64,000 nt of DNA from an uncultured Verrucomicrobiales bacterium. Its GTDB lineage: Bacteria; Verrucomicrobiota; Verrucomicrobiia; Verrucomicrobiales; Akkermansiaceae. Below, in pieces: positions 45,249-54,291 of the stretch (position 1 is the first letter of the stretch; every line of letters begins with the position of its first letter). Position numbers and translations under genes: made by a program. The notes under the pieces are model-generated. The model saw only the letters and a list, made by a program, of their open reading frames with translations. It searched no databases and was not told the DNA's origin. Location of the stretch: positions 173 to 64,172 of the forward strand of contig CALFSW010000050.1 in the NCBI GenBank assembly GCA_937916505.1. The letters run 5' to 3'.

Positions 45249-46697
45249 CTATGCGAGAATTGGTCTCACGACATGGCCGTGGACATCGGTGAGGCGGTAG
45301 TGGCGCCCCTGGAATTTGTAGGTGAGCTTTTCGTGATCGATGCCCAGAAGATGGAGAAGGGTCGCCTGAAAGTCGTGAATGTGGACGGGGTCTTTGGCGA
45401 CATTGAAGCCAATGTCATCCGATTCGCCGTAGGTCATTCCCGGTTTGACTCCGCCACCTGCCATCCAGATTGTGAAGGCGTAGGGGTGGTGATCCCGGCC
45501 CCATCTGGGGCGATTGTTGATGTCTCCCTGAAGGAAGGGGGTGCGTCCAAATTCACCGCCCCAGATGACGAGGGTGTCATCGAGAAGGCCGCGTTGTTTG
45601 AGGTCCTGAACAAGACCGGCCGAGGGTTGGTCGGTGTCGCGGCATTGGTTGTAGAGTTCCGTGGTGAGGGAATTGTGCTGATCCCAGCCGGCATGCATGA
45701 GCTGGACATAGCGGGTGCCTCGTTCGAGAAGGCGGCGGGCGAGCAAGCAGTTCCGGGCAAAGGTTCCGGGCTCGTGAACCTGGGGACCATAAAGATCGAG
45801 GGTGGATTTGGACTCGCCGGAGATGTCGGCAAGTTCGGGCACGCTGGTCTGCATGCGGTAGGCCATTTCGTATTGCGCGATCCGGGTTTGAATTTCGGGA
45901 TCACCGACCGCTGCGTATTTGCTTTCGTTGAGCGAAGCGATGCCATCGAGCATCTGGCGTCGCAGGGCCGGACTGACTCCTTTCGGGTTATTGAGATAGA
46001 GGACGGGGCTGGCTCCGGCACGAAGTTTGACGCCCTGGTGGTGGGATGGCAGGAAGCCGGAAGACCAATACGAGTCGTAGAAAATTTGCCCACAACTGGT
46101 GTCTTTGGTGACCGAGGTCATGACAACAAAGGTGGGGAGGTTTTCGTTCATTGAGCCCAGGCCATAGGAAAGCCACGAGCCAAGCGTCGGGCGGGAGGGG
46201 AGCTGGAAGCCGGAGAGGAAGAAGTTGATGGCGGGCGCGTGGTTCACCTGCTCGGTATGCATGCTTTTGATGAAGCAGAGCTCATCTGCGATCTTGGCGG
46301 TGTAAGGCATGAAGGCGCTCACCGTGGCACCGGATTCCCCGTGTTTTTGAAAAGGTTCGACCGGGGCGAGGAGACGCCTTTTGTCGGCGGCGGCCGACAT
46401 GGTGGAGAAGCGTTTGCCTTCCATGTAGGAATCCGGGACTTTTTCGCCATGAAGTTTGGTGAGCTTTGGTTTTTCGTCGAAAAGCTCGAGGTGGGATGGG
46501 GCTCCGTTTTGGAAAAGGTAAATGACGCGCTTTGCTTTGGGTGCAATGTCTTTGGCGGCTTCGAGGATTTGGTCTTCCGAGGCAGGAGCGTTTGAGGTCA
46601 AGAGATGGGCCAGAGCGGGAATGCCGAGGCCGGTTGCGGCCTTCCCAAAGAAGTGGCGGCGATTGGTGAGAAGTTGGGATTCGAGAAGCGGATTCAT
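45249..46697 (-). CDS. DUF1501-family protein (sulfatase/alkaline-phosphatase superfamily) with Tat-type signal
   Basis: Twin-arginine N-terminus NRRHFFGKAATGLGIPALA. The ~480 aa length and the position directly downstream of a DUF1553 protein match the canonical PVC gene pair. Confidence 0.85.
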   Translation of the reverse strand: MNPLLESQLLTNRRHFFGKAATGLGIPALAHLLTSNAPASEDQILEAAKDIAPKAKRVIYLFQNGAPSHLELFDEKPKLTKLHGEKVPDSYMEGKRFSTMSAAADKRRLLAPVEPFQKHGESGATVSAFMPYTAKIADELCFIKSMHTEQVNHAPAINFFLSGFQLPSRPTLGSWLSYGLGSMNENLPTFVVMTSVTKDTSCGQIFYDSYWSSGFLPSHHQGVKLRAGASPVLYLNNPKGVSPALRRQMLDGIASLNESKYAAVGDPEIQTRIAQYEMAYRMQTSVPELADISGESKSTLDLYGPQVHEPGTFARNCLLARRLLERGTRYVQLMHAGWDQHNSLTTELYNQCRDTDQPSAGLVQDLKQRGLLDDTLVIWGGEFGRTPFLQGDINNRPRWGRDHHPYAFTIWMAGGGVKPGMTYGESDDIGFNVAKDPVHIHDFQATLLHLLGIDHEKLTYKFQGRHYRLTDVHGHVVRPILA

Positions 46698-46699
46698 GA

Positions 46700-49600
46700 C
46701 TATTCTTTGGTGAGGGCTTCGTCGGTATTGAGGAGGGAGAGGATGGTTGTCGTCAGCGCGGCCTGGTCGGGGTGTTCCAGGGTGTCGGAAATGGGGAGTT
46801 CGCCAATGGCCAGGATGGCTTTGACGTCATCCGGGTGCTTTTGGAAGTGATTTAAGGAGTTCTCGTACATCGTAGTGATGATGGTGGATTCATCTGCTCC
46901 GGGATTGCGGGCGTTGATGATTTGAAAGGCGGTATCCAGTGTTCGATCCGGGTTGGTTTGGTGTGCCTCATAGGCGATGCCCCGGGCCGCTTCGATGTAG
47001 AGTGGGTCGTTTAGAATGGCGAGGGCGTGGAGGGGGGAGTTGGTGCGATAGGAACCGACTTCGCAACCTTCCCGCTTTGCGTTGTCAAAGATCATGGGAG
47101 GAGCCGAGATTCGGCGCCAGAAGGTGTAGATGCTCCGGCGGCGGAGTTTTTCTCCGGTGTCGGGGGTGTATTTCTTTTTCCCGAAGGTGACCTCGGACCA
47201 TAGGCCGGCGGGTTGGAAGGGTTTTACCGGTTCGCCGCCGGTCTTGCGAACGAGGCGTCCGGAAAGGGCGAGAGCTTGATCGCGAATCATCCAGGAGGGG
47301 AGCCGGTAGCGCGGGGCACGGGCGAGGTATCGGTTGTCGGGATCGCGTTCGAGGGCGAGCGAGTCAACCTTGGAGGATTGCCGGTAAACCCGGCTGGTGA
47401 CGATGGTTTTGATGAGCTTCTTGAAGTCCCACCCGGATTCCATGAAGTCGGCGGCGAGCCAGTCGAGGAGTTCGGGGTGAACCGGGCTCTCGGATTGCAC
47501 CCCGAGGTCTTCCGGCGACTTGATCAGTCCGATCCCGAAGATCTCCTGCCAGAGGCGGTTGATGGTGACGCGAGAGGTGAGAGGGTGTTCCCTTGAGACC
47601 AGCCATTGGGCGAGATCGAGGCGGTTTTGAAATTCTTTTTCCGGAAGGGGTGGAAGAATGCCGGGGGTGCGTGCCGTGACTTCCTCTCCTTTCGCTTGGT
47701 AAGATCCAACAGCGAGCACGTGGGTTTTTCGTCGTGTTTTTTGATCCTCCATGACCATGACCCGTGGTGCGCCCTTCTTGAGGTTGCTGATCTGGTCTCC
47801 AAGAGAGCTGATCTCGGTGGTCAGTTTTTGGTAAGCGGGGACCTTGGCGAGATGGGCCGAGATAATCTGCTGTTTTTGTTGAGGGGTTCTTTTTTCCATT
47901 GGGATGGCGAGAAGTATCCGAAGGTCTTGGTCTCCGGCCTTTAGCGAGGGAGATTTCGTACCCGAGGTCGAAAGTTTGAAGCGGCCGAGGAAGTGCTGCT
48001 TGTGGTCGGTGTTGTGGCGAAGGATGACCTCGATTTTGTCTTCTGGGTTGGCAGTGAAGGGCTGGGCCAGATGGAAAAGAGCGGCATGATCTTGTTTGAT
48101 GGATTGACCATCCAGGACGGCCCAGCCGGTGTTCGGGTCTTTGTCAAGGGTGCCGGGAATTTTGTATGAGCCTTGCTCGAAGGTGGCTTTGGAGCGCTCG
48201 AGTTTGAGGGGCTTTTTCGTCTGTCCTTTCCGGATGAGGTGAGCTTCCAGGCCGGTCAAAACAAAGTTGCCGCTGTCGGAACGGGAGATGCCGACCTTGG
48301 TCATGCTTTTGTCACGGAGGGCGTCGAGCCGGAGGGCAGAGATCGTGCCATTGGGAAGGGGGGCGGTGAGTTCGAAGGTGACTTTATCGGGGTTGCTTCC
48401 CGAAGTGAGAATTGATTGGTCCGGGAGCGTTTTGAATTTGAGACCGGAGTCGCTTGCCTTGATGGAATCGGGGGTGAGTGCCGTCCATTGGGAAGGATAG
48501 TTACGGTGTTGTTCTTCCCAGGGGCCTTGTTTCGAGGCGAGAGATGCAGCGAGCTGCTTCCGGTCTTCGCTGACCTTGGCCAAGCGGGCTCCGAGTGACT
48601 TTTCCTGCTCCATTTGTTCATTTGTTTGGACGACGAGAACAGGCTTTGTTTTTGGATCGCCGCCTGAACCGGTGACGGGTGTTTGGTTGAAGAAGGCGGT
48701 GAGTGAGTAGTAGTCCTTTTGGCTCAGCGGGTCGTATTTGTGGTCGTGACAGCGGCAGCAGTTGAAGGTGAGGCCCATCCAGACGGTGCCCACGGTCTCG
48801 GCCATATCGAAGACGTAGTTGACGCGATTTTCTTCGGGGATTGAGCCACCCTCGCCGTTGATGGCGTGATTCCGGAGGAAGCCGGTCGCCAGCTTCTGTT
48901 CGTGGGTGGCATCCGGGAGGAGATCGCCGGCGATCTGCCAGACGGTGAAGTCGTCGTATGGGAGATTTCGGTTAATGGCATCGATGACCCAGTCACGCCA
49001 AGGCCACATCGTTCGTTCGGCGTCACCCTGGAAGCCATTGGAGTCGGCGTAGCGGGCGGCATCGAGCCAAGGCCAGGCGAAACGTTCTCCAAAGGCGGGG
49101 TCGGCGAGGAAGGAATCGACAAGCTTCTCCCAGGCGTTTGTGGAATTGTCTGCGAGAAAAGCCGAAACCTCATCCCGGGTGGGGGGAAGTCCTCTCAAAT
49201 CAAACGAAAGGCGGCGAATCAGGGTTTCTTTTTCGGCGGGGGAAGAGAGCTTCAGGTCAAGGGACTTCAGTTTATTTGAGACGAGGGTATCAATCGGGTG
49301 CTCATCGCTGTCCGGGGCTGTGGGCTTTTTGACAGGGATGAACGTCCAGTGTTCCTCGTATTTGGCACCTTCCTTAATCCATTGATAGATGAGCTTTTTC
49401 TCCCTGACATCAAGCTGGATCAGGTGATCGGGCGGAGGCATGACCTCATCGGGGTCGGTGGATGTCATCCGCTTCCAGACCAGGGATTTTTCCGGTTCTC
49501 CGGGGACGATGCCTGAACCGGCTTTGCGATCAGCAAAAGCTCCTTCAGGCGTGTCGAGACGCAGATCAGCTTCCCGTGCGCCGGGGTCAAAACCATGGCA

Positions 49601-49711
49601 GGTAAAGCAGTGATCCGAGAGCAAGGGGCGGACGTGCGAATTGAACCCAATTGGCTCGGCTGTTGAGATCGCGGTGAGGGCGATCAAGATGAGTGACAGT
49701 CGGCGAAACAT
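46700..49711 (-). CDS. PSCyt (CxxCH) / DUF1549 / DUF1553 protein
   Basis: Signal peptide, heme-binding-like CFTCHG, DUF1549-type RRLSFDLRGLPPTRDEVSAFLAD and DUF1553-type CCRCHDHKYDPLSQKDYY. Length is 1003 aa. Confidence 0.85.
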   Translation of the reverse strand: MFRRLSLILIALTAISTAEPIGFNSHVRPLLSDHCFTCHGFDPGAREADLRLDTPEGAFADRKAGSGIVPGEPEKSLVWKRMTSTDPDEVMPPPDHLIQLDVREKKLIYQWIKEGAKYEEHWTFIPVKKPTAPDSDEHPIDTLVSNKLKSLDLKLSSPAEKETLIRRLSFDLRGLPPTRDEVSAFLADNSTNAWEKLVDSFLADPAFGERFAWPWLDAARYADSNGFQGDAERTMWPWRDWVIDAINRNLPYDDFTVWQIAGDLLPDATHEQKLATGFLRNHAINGEGGSIPEENRVNYVFDMAETVGTVWMGLTFNCCRCHDHKYDPLSQKDYYSLTAFFNQTPVTGSGGDPKTKPVLVVQTNEQMEQEKSLGARLAKVSEDRKQLAASLASKQGPWEEQHRNYPSQWTALTPDSIKASDSGLKFKTLPDQSILTSGSNPDKVTFELTAPLPNGTISALRLDALRDKSMTKVGISRSDSGNFVLTGLEAHLIRKGQTKKPLKLERSKATFEQGSYKIPGTLDKDPNTGWAVLDGQSIKQDHAALFHLAQPFTANPEDKIEVILRHNTDHKQHFLGRFKLSTSGTKSPSLKAGDQDLRILLAIPMEKRTPQQKQQIISAHLAKVPAYQKLTTEISSLGDQISNLKKGAPRVMVMEDQKTRRKTHVLAVGSYQAKGEEVTARTPGILPPLPEKEFQNRLDLAQWLVSREHPLTSRVTINRLWQEIFGIGLIKSPEDLGVQSESPVHPELLDWLAADFMESGWDFKKLIKTIVTSRVYRQSSKVDSLALERDPDNRYLARAPRYRLPSWMIRDQALALSGRLVRKTGGEPVKPFQPAGLWSEVTFGKKKYTPDTGEKLRRRSIYTFWRRISAPPMIFDNAKREGCEVGSYRTNSPLHALAILNDPLYIEAARGIAYEAHQTNPDRTLDTAFQIINARNPGADESTIITTMYENSLNHFQKHPDDVKAILAIGELPISDTLEHPDQAALTTTILSLLNTDEALTKE

Positions 49712-50148
49712 GATTTGGAGGGAGATTGGACGGGTTGAGGGAAAGGCAAAGGGGGGTGAATATTTTTCCGATGGAAGGCAGGACTCACTACGTAAAAAAC
49801 CCAGCAGCTCTTACGTCCGGGATGGACATGGAGCGACAGGGATTTGAGAAAGAAACGCTTCATGTGGCCCGGCAGGAGTCTCGGCAATTTGCAGAGGAGT
49901 GCAAGGGCGCAACGGAAAGGGGAGGTGGTCGTGGTGACTGCGGCAGGGGCGGGTGCTCCGGCGATCCTGCAGCAGGAGAAAGCAGAGGCTCTTTGGCGGG
50001 CCCGGGTGGCGATATTTTCAGTGAAATACTTCGTCGAGATGATCGAAGAAGGGCGTTCCGGGCGGAAATCTACCAATCGGAGGTGAAATTTCCGGATTTT
50101 CGGCTTATCGGAGCCACTTTTCCCCGCTACAAGGGCGGCTCCTACGAT

Positions 50149-52575
50149 ATGGGCGATCTACGACTCAAACTCCAACGGGGGCTTCTTTCGGGGCTTCTGG
50201 TCTGCGGGGCTCCTGCTCTTGCACAAACTTCTCTTTCCAATGAAGCGGCAATACGCTCGGCGGATGCTCGGGATGCATATTCCTTAATCGAAGCGGGCGA
50301 TTTGGCCTACCTTAAACAGAATTTCAAGGAAGCGATTTCAAGGTATGCCGAGGCTCTTGCAAAACTACCGGACGGTGCGAAATCAGTCGCGGGGCTCCGT
50401 GCCTCGGCGGTGCAGAGATTTTCCCAGGCCTCGTTTGTGCAGGCCCGGAACCTGACGCGGAAAGGTGACGCAAGGGGTGGAAAAGCTCTTTTGGACGAAG
50501 TTGAGGCGGTAGACCCCGACAATCCCCAGCTGAAAGCTTATCAGGCAAAGGCAGATGATCCGATCAGGAACAATCCTGCCTTGACCCCCGGGCACGCTGC
50601 AAATATCGACAAGGTTCGTCGTCTTCTTTACGAAGCCGAGGGCTACTATAATCTTGGGAAATTCGATAGAGCTTATTTGACCTACGAGGACATTCTACGG
50701 ATTGATCAGCATAACAAGGCGGCCCGTCGTGGGATGGAGCGTTCAAATGCCGCAATTTCAGATTACTCGACGTCGGCGCGGGATCAGGCGCGGGCGGAGG
50801 GCCTCAAGGAGGTGGCCAAGCATTGGGAGCAGAGGGTCTACACGGATGATGATCTCCCGATTGTGGGGGGGAATGATTTGTTCAGCTTGGATTCCGGGAG
50901 GGATCTGTTGACGAAAATGAACACGATTATGATTCCCGAGTTGAGCCTCAATGGCGCGACTCTGGGGGAAGCGGTTGATTTTCTCCGGGTGGCGGCTTTG
51001 CAAGGGGATCAGACCACTCTGGATGAGAACGACAAAGGGGTTCCCTTTGTCGTTCAATTGGGTGATGAGACCCACCCTGCGGTGAAGGAGATTCGGGCTT
51101 CCCGGATCAATTTAAGACTCCGGAACGTGCCGCTTTCGGAAGCGGTCCGACTGGTGACCGAAGCTTCGGGGACGACATTTCGAGTTGATGAATTTGCCAT
51201 CGTTCTCAATGCGGCGGGTTTTTCGGATCCGACTTTGGTTCGTCGGGACTTCCGTGTGCCTCCAAATTTGCTGACCGGGGTGTCGAATGCCAAGGCGGAC
51301 GGTGATCCTGATCCTTTTGCCGACAAAGCTGCCGAGGGTGGTTTGTTTGCCAAGACTCTGACCGCAAAGGAAAAGTTGCAAAGCTACGACGTGAGTTTTC
51401 CAGACGGTGCCAGCGCTGGATACAACCCATCGAGCAATATTCTGACGGTGCGAAATACCGCCACCAATATGCGGCTTGTTGAAGCGATCGTAGACGATAT
51501 TGCCAAGACCGAACCTGTCGTGGTGACCATCCGGACAACGGTCGTGGACATCAGCCAGGTGAATCTTGAAGAGCTGGGTTTTGATGTGATGCTTGGCGAG
51601 TTCGATGTTGGCCAATTCGGAACCTTGTCAGGTGGAACAACGGGGGTCGGGACTTCGATCAATGATATGATTCCCGGGAATCCGGTGACGTCCGGAAACC
51701 GGAGCGGAGATCTTTCCGGCACAACGGACGGCCTTGACGCGCTTTTGGCAAGGGAGTCACCTCCGACAGCCTCTGGCACGCTGAATAGTGATGGCGTCGG
51801 AAACAATTCCAGTAGTATCAATCTTCCAGCACGGACCAACGGCGGAGCTTCAAGGGCGAGTGGGATTGTCAGCCTGCGGGGTCTCATCGACGGGACGGCT
51901 CATGAAATTTTGATGAGGGGATTTGCCCAGAAGAAGGGCACCGATATTATGGTTCGTCCGGAAGTGGTGACTCGTTCGGGCGAGAATGCTTCGATTGAAT
52001 CGGTGCTCGAATTTCCCTATCCCGAGGAATATGAACCACCCGAAATTCCGAATGCGGTTGGTGGCAACGACGGCATCGTAACTCCCGCCACGCCGACAAA
52101 CTTTACGGTTGAAACTTTAGGAGTGACTCTGGAGGTTCTCCCGCAGGTTGGGCCGGATCGACGTATCATCGAAGTTGCGGTGAATCCCGTGATCCGGGAT
52201 TTTGAGGGCTTTGTGAATTATGGAACGCCAATCGTGGGATCGAGTAATACGACGACGGTGAATCTGATCGATAATACGGCAGCGACGGAAAGCGTTTTTG
52301 GAGAGATCACCCCCAATGCCATTTTGAAGCCCCTTTTCCGGACGATCAGAGGAAAGACCAGTTTACGGATTCTCGACGGCCATACCATTGTTATGGGAGG
52401 TTTGGTGAATGAAAGGCGAAGGCAGATCAACGACAAGGTGCCCATCTTGGGCGATATTCCGTTTATTGGACGTATTTTTCGCAGCGATGGGGTTTTCATT
52501 GAGAAGCGTTCGGTCTTGATCTTTGTAAATGTTGAATTGACCGATCCCGCGGGTAATCCTTACCGAGACCGTTAA
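50149..52575 (+). CDS. outer-membrane secretin (GspD/PilQ superfamily) with N-terminal TPR-like region
   Basis: Signal peptide MGDLRLKLQRGLLSGLLVCGAPALAQ (ATG 50149). The C-terminal secretin core reads ...VRPEVVTRSGENASIES..., LGVTLEVLPQV..., and GHTIVMGGL...KVPILGDIPFIGRIF...VLIFVNVELTD. The track ORF start at 49726 adds 141 non-coding-looking residues. Confidence 0.8.
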   Translation: MGDLRLKLQRGLLSGLLVCGAPALAQTSLSNEAAIRSADARDAYSLIEAGDLAYLKQNFKEAISRYAEALAKLPDGAKSVAGLRASAVQRFSQASFVQARNLTRKGDARGGKALLDEVEAVDPDNPQLKAYQAKADDPIRNNPALTPGHAANIDKVRRLLYEAEGYYNLGKFDRAYLTYEDILRIDQHNKAARRGMERSNAAISDYSTSARDQARAEGLKEVAKHWEQRVYTDDDLPIVGGNDLFSLDSGRDLLTKMNTIMIPELSLNGATLGEAVDFLRVAALQGDQTTLDENDKGVPFVVQLGDETHPAVKEIRASRINLRLRNVPLSEAVRLVTEASGTTFRVDEFAIVLNAAGFSDPTLVRRDFRVPPNLLTGVSNAKADGDPDPFADKAAEGGLFAKTLTAKEKLQSYDVSFPDGASAGYNPSSNILTVRNTATNMRLVEAIVDDIAKTEPVVVTIRTTVVDISQVNLEELGFDVMLGEFDVGQFGTLSGGTTGVGTSINDMIPGNPVTSGNRSGDLSGTTDGLDALLARESPPTASGTLNSDGVGNNSSSINLPARTNGGASRASGIVSLRGLIDGTAHEILMRGFAQKKGTDIMVRPEVVTRSGENASIESVLEFPYPEEYEPPEIPNAVGGNDGIVTPATPTNFTVETLGVTLEVLPQVGPDRRIIEVAVNPVIRDFEGFVNYGTPIVGSSNTTTVNLIDNTAATESVFGEITPNAILKPLFRTIRGKTSLRILDGHTIVMGGLVNERRRQINDKVPILGDIPFIGRIFRSDGVFIEKRSVLIFVNVELTDPAGNPYRDR

Positions 52576-54200
52576 TGAGCCAAAATATCCCTCCCCGCTC
52601 GCTTCCCCCGGAGGACGTGCAAGAATCAGGCGGACCTGTTTCCCGGAAGGAGCAGTATAGCTTGGATGAAATGATGAAGGCGCTCCGTGAGAAGGAGCGC
52701 GAAAAGGACGAACAGGGGGAGGTCGTGACCCGTTCAGATGGCTCGGTTGCCCGAAAGGTGAAGCGCCGGAAGCGGCGTTCCGAACAGTCTGAGAAGCCGA
52801 CTCCGGGCAAGGAAAAGAAGCGGGTTTTGGTGAAGGTCATCATCGCCGCGGTTCTTCTCCTGGTGCTGTCATTGACTGCGGTCTTCCTGATTCTGAATCA
52901 GAATAGCAGCGGATATCGTGAAAAGCTGGAAGCATCTGCTTCGGAATGGACCGGGGCCGAGGTGGAATTCAGCGGATTTAAGAGGATGCCTCTTTCAGCT
53001 ACCATGAATAAGGCCAGTTTCAAGTGGCCGGAAAGCTACTATCTTAGGGAGTTTGAGATGAGAAACCTTTCGGGAGACGTCAGCTTTCTTACTTTTCTAG
53101 GAGCGCGGCCCAAGGGAATACAGCTTGGCGGGAGAGTCGGTGAGATGGTGGTTCGGATGCCTGACTCAAGGGGGGGCGAATTGACGTCATTCGAGGAGTC
53201 CGACTTTCCATTCTTTTTTGATCAGTATTACTGTCAGGCCCTCGATGTGAAATTCGGTGACAGCAAAAACATCGGACTAAAGGGCGCCAGCGCGAGTTTA
53301 CGACACATTAGTAATGAGGGGTTTCAGGTGACGATTGATCAGGGAATGTTCCAGTTTGCTGGATGGCAGGATTTTCCAATTTCTAGCGGCTTGCTGAGAT
53401 TTAATAACAATGTCATTGATCTTAAGTCACTATCCCTCGAACAACCAGATGACGATGATACGTTTTTCAGCTCGAATTTGAAAATCAGCGGAGAGATTCC
53501 GCTGATTGAGGGAAAGCAGGTTCAGTTGGACGCAAGCACCGGGAATTTTTCCTTCAGTGGGTTAATCGGTAAAAGGTTGTCCCGGCTTTTCAGTGGAGCA
53601 TTGATCGAGTCGAATGGCGCAATCGTTTTTACGATTGGAGAGAATCATGTCGATGAGATCGTCATGAATTTTACAGCGGATCGAATCAAGATGGGCGGTT
53701 TTCCGTTCCTTTCGAATTTGATTGAGCTCTTTCCAGATCGAAATCTTGATGAGCTTGAATTTAACAAAGGACTGGTTGATTCGGCGATCAAGGGTATTTT
53801 ACGTATTCGGCCGGAAGGGATGGCGATCGAGAATCTGGAGATGATGGCCCAGAAGGGGAATATTCGAATCAAGGGGGGAGTTGTGATTGCCGATTCGGGA
53901 GAAATCAGGGGAAAGGTCGCAATGTCGATCAATCGGGTGTTTGTGACAACCCAGCCGAATCTCATTAACAATCCAAGATTGCAGGGGAGCATGGATAGCG
54001 GATATGTGAACATTAATTTCAGGCTAAAGGGAACAATTGACAAACCCGATGACACTTTCCGATCGGAGGTAGGAATGGAGGCCGCTTTGCCTGGTGCGGG
54101 GAGCCTTCCTGTCAGCGAAAAAGATGATGACCTTTGGGGGCCTCTTCAAAAATCCGAGACCAATCTCATCCCCGATCTTCTTCGTGAACGGGAAGAATGA
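52575..54200 (+). CDS. single-pass membrane protein of unknown function (charged cytoplasmic N-terminus, ~430-aa beta-rich periplasmic body)
   Basis: The start ATG overlaps the secretin TAA by 1 nt. The K/R/E-rich first 80 aa are followed by a TM segment (VLVKVIIAAVLLLVLSLTAVFLIL). I recognise no motif, and the central part is visibly AT-richer. Confidence 0.5.
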   Translation: MSQNIPPRSLPPEDVQESGGPVSRKEQYSLDEMMKALREKEREKDEQGEVVTRSDGSVARKVKRRKRRSEQSEKPTPGKEKKRVLVKVIIAAVLLLVLSLTAVFLILNQNSSGYREKLEASASEWTGAEVEFSGFKRMPLSATMNKASFKWPESYYLREFEMRNLSGDVSFLTFLGARPKGIQLGGRVGEMVVRMPDSRGGELTSFEESDFPFFFDQYYCQALDVKFGDSKNIGLKGASASLRHISNEGFQVTIDQGMFQFAGWQDFPISSGLLRFNNNVIDLKSLSLEQPDDDDTFFSSNLKISGEIPLIEGKQVQLDASTGNFSFSGLIGKRLSRLFSGALIESNGAIVFTIGENHVDEIVMNFTADRIKMGGFPFLSNLIELFPDRNLDELEFNKGLVDSAIKGILRIRPEGMAIENLEMMAQKGNIRIKGGVVIADSGEIRGKVAMSINRVFVTTQPNLINNPRLQGSMDSGYVNINFRLKGTIDKPDDTFRSEVGMEAALPGAGSLPVSEKDDDLWGPLQKSETNLIPDLLREREE

Positions 54201-54291
54201 GACCGGGGCGGCGAAACGGCTCTCTTCGCTTGTCCTTAGGGGCTGCCGACAGTAGTCTCATTGTGGAAAGCATCTTTAGCCCCACTGATTT

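Noticed and set aside
49844-50086. 80-aa + ORF (and the 130-aa minus ORF 49684..50076) in the secretin upstream gap.
   Set aside because: There are no motifs, the composition is biased, and the ORFs mutually overlap. I treat the region as non-coding leader and promoter sequence.
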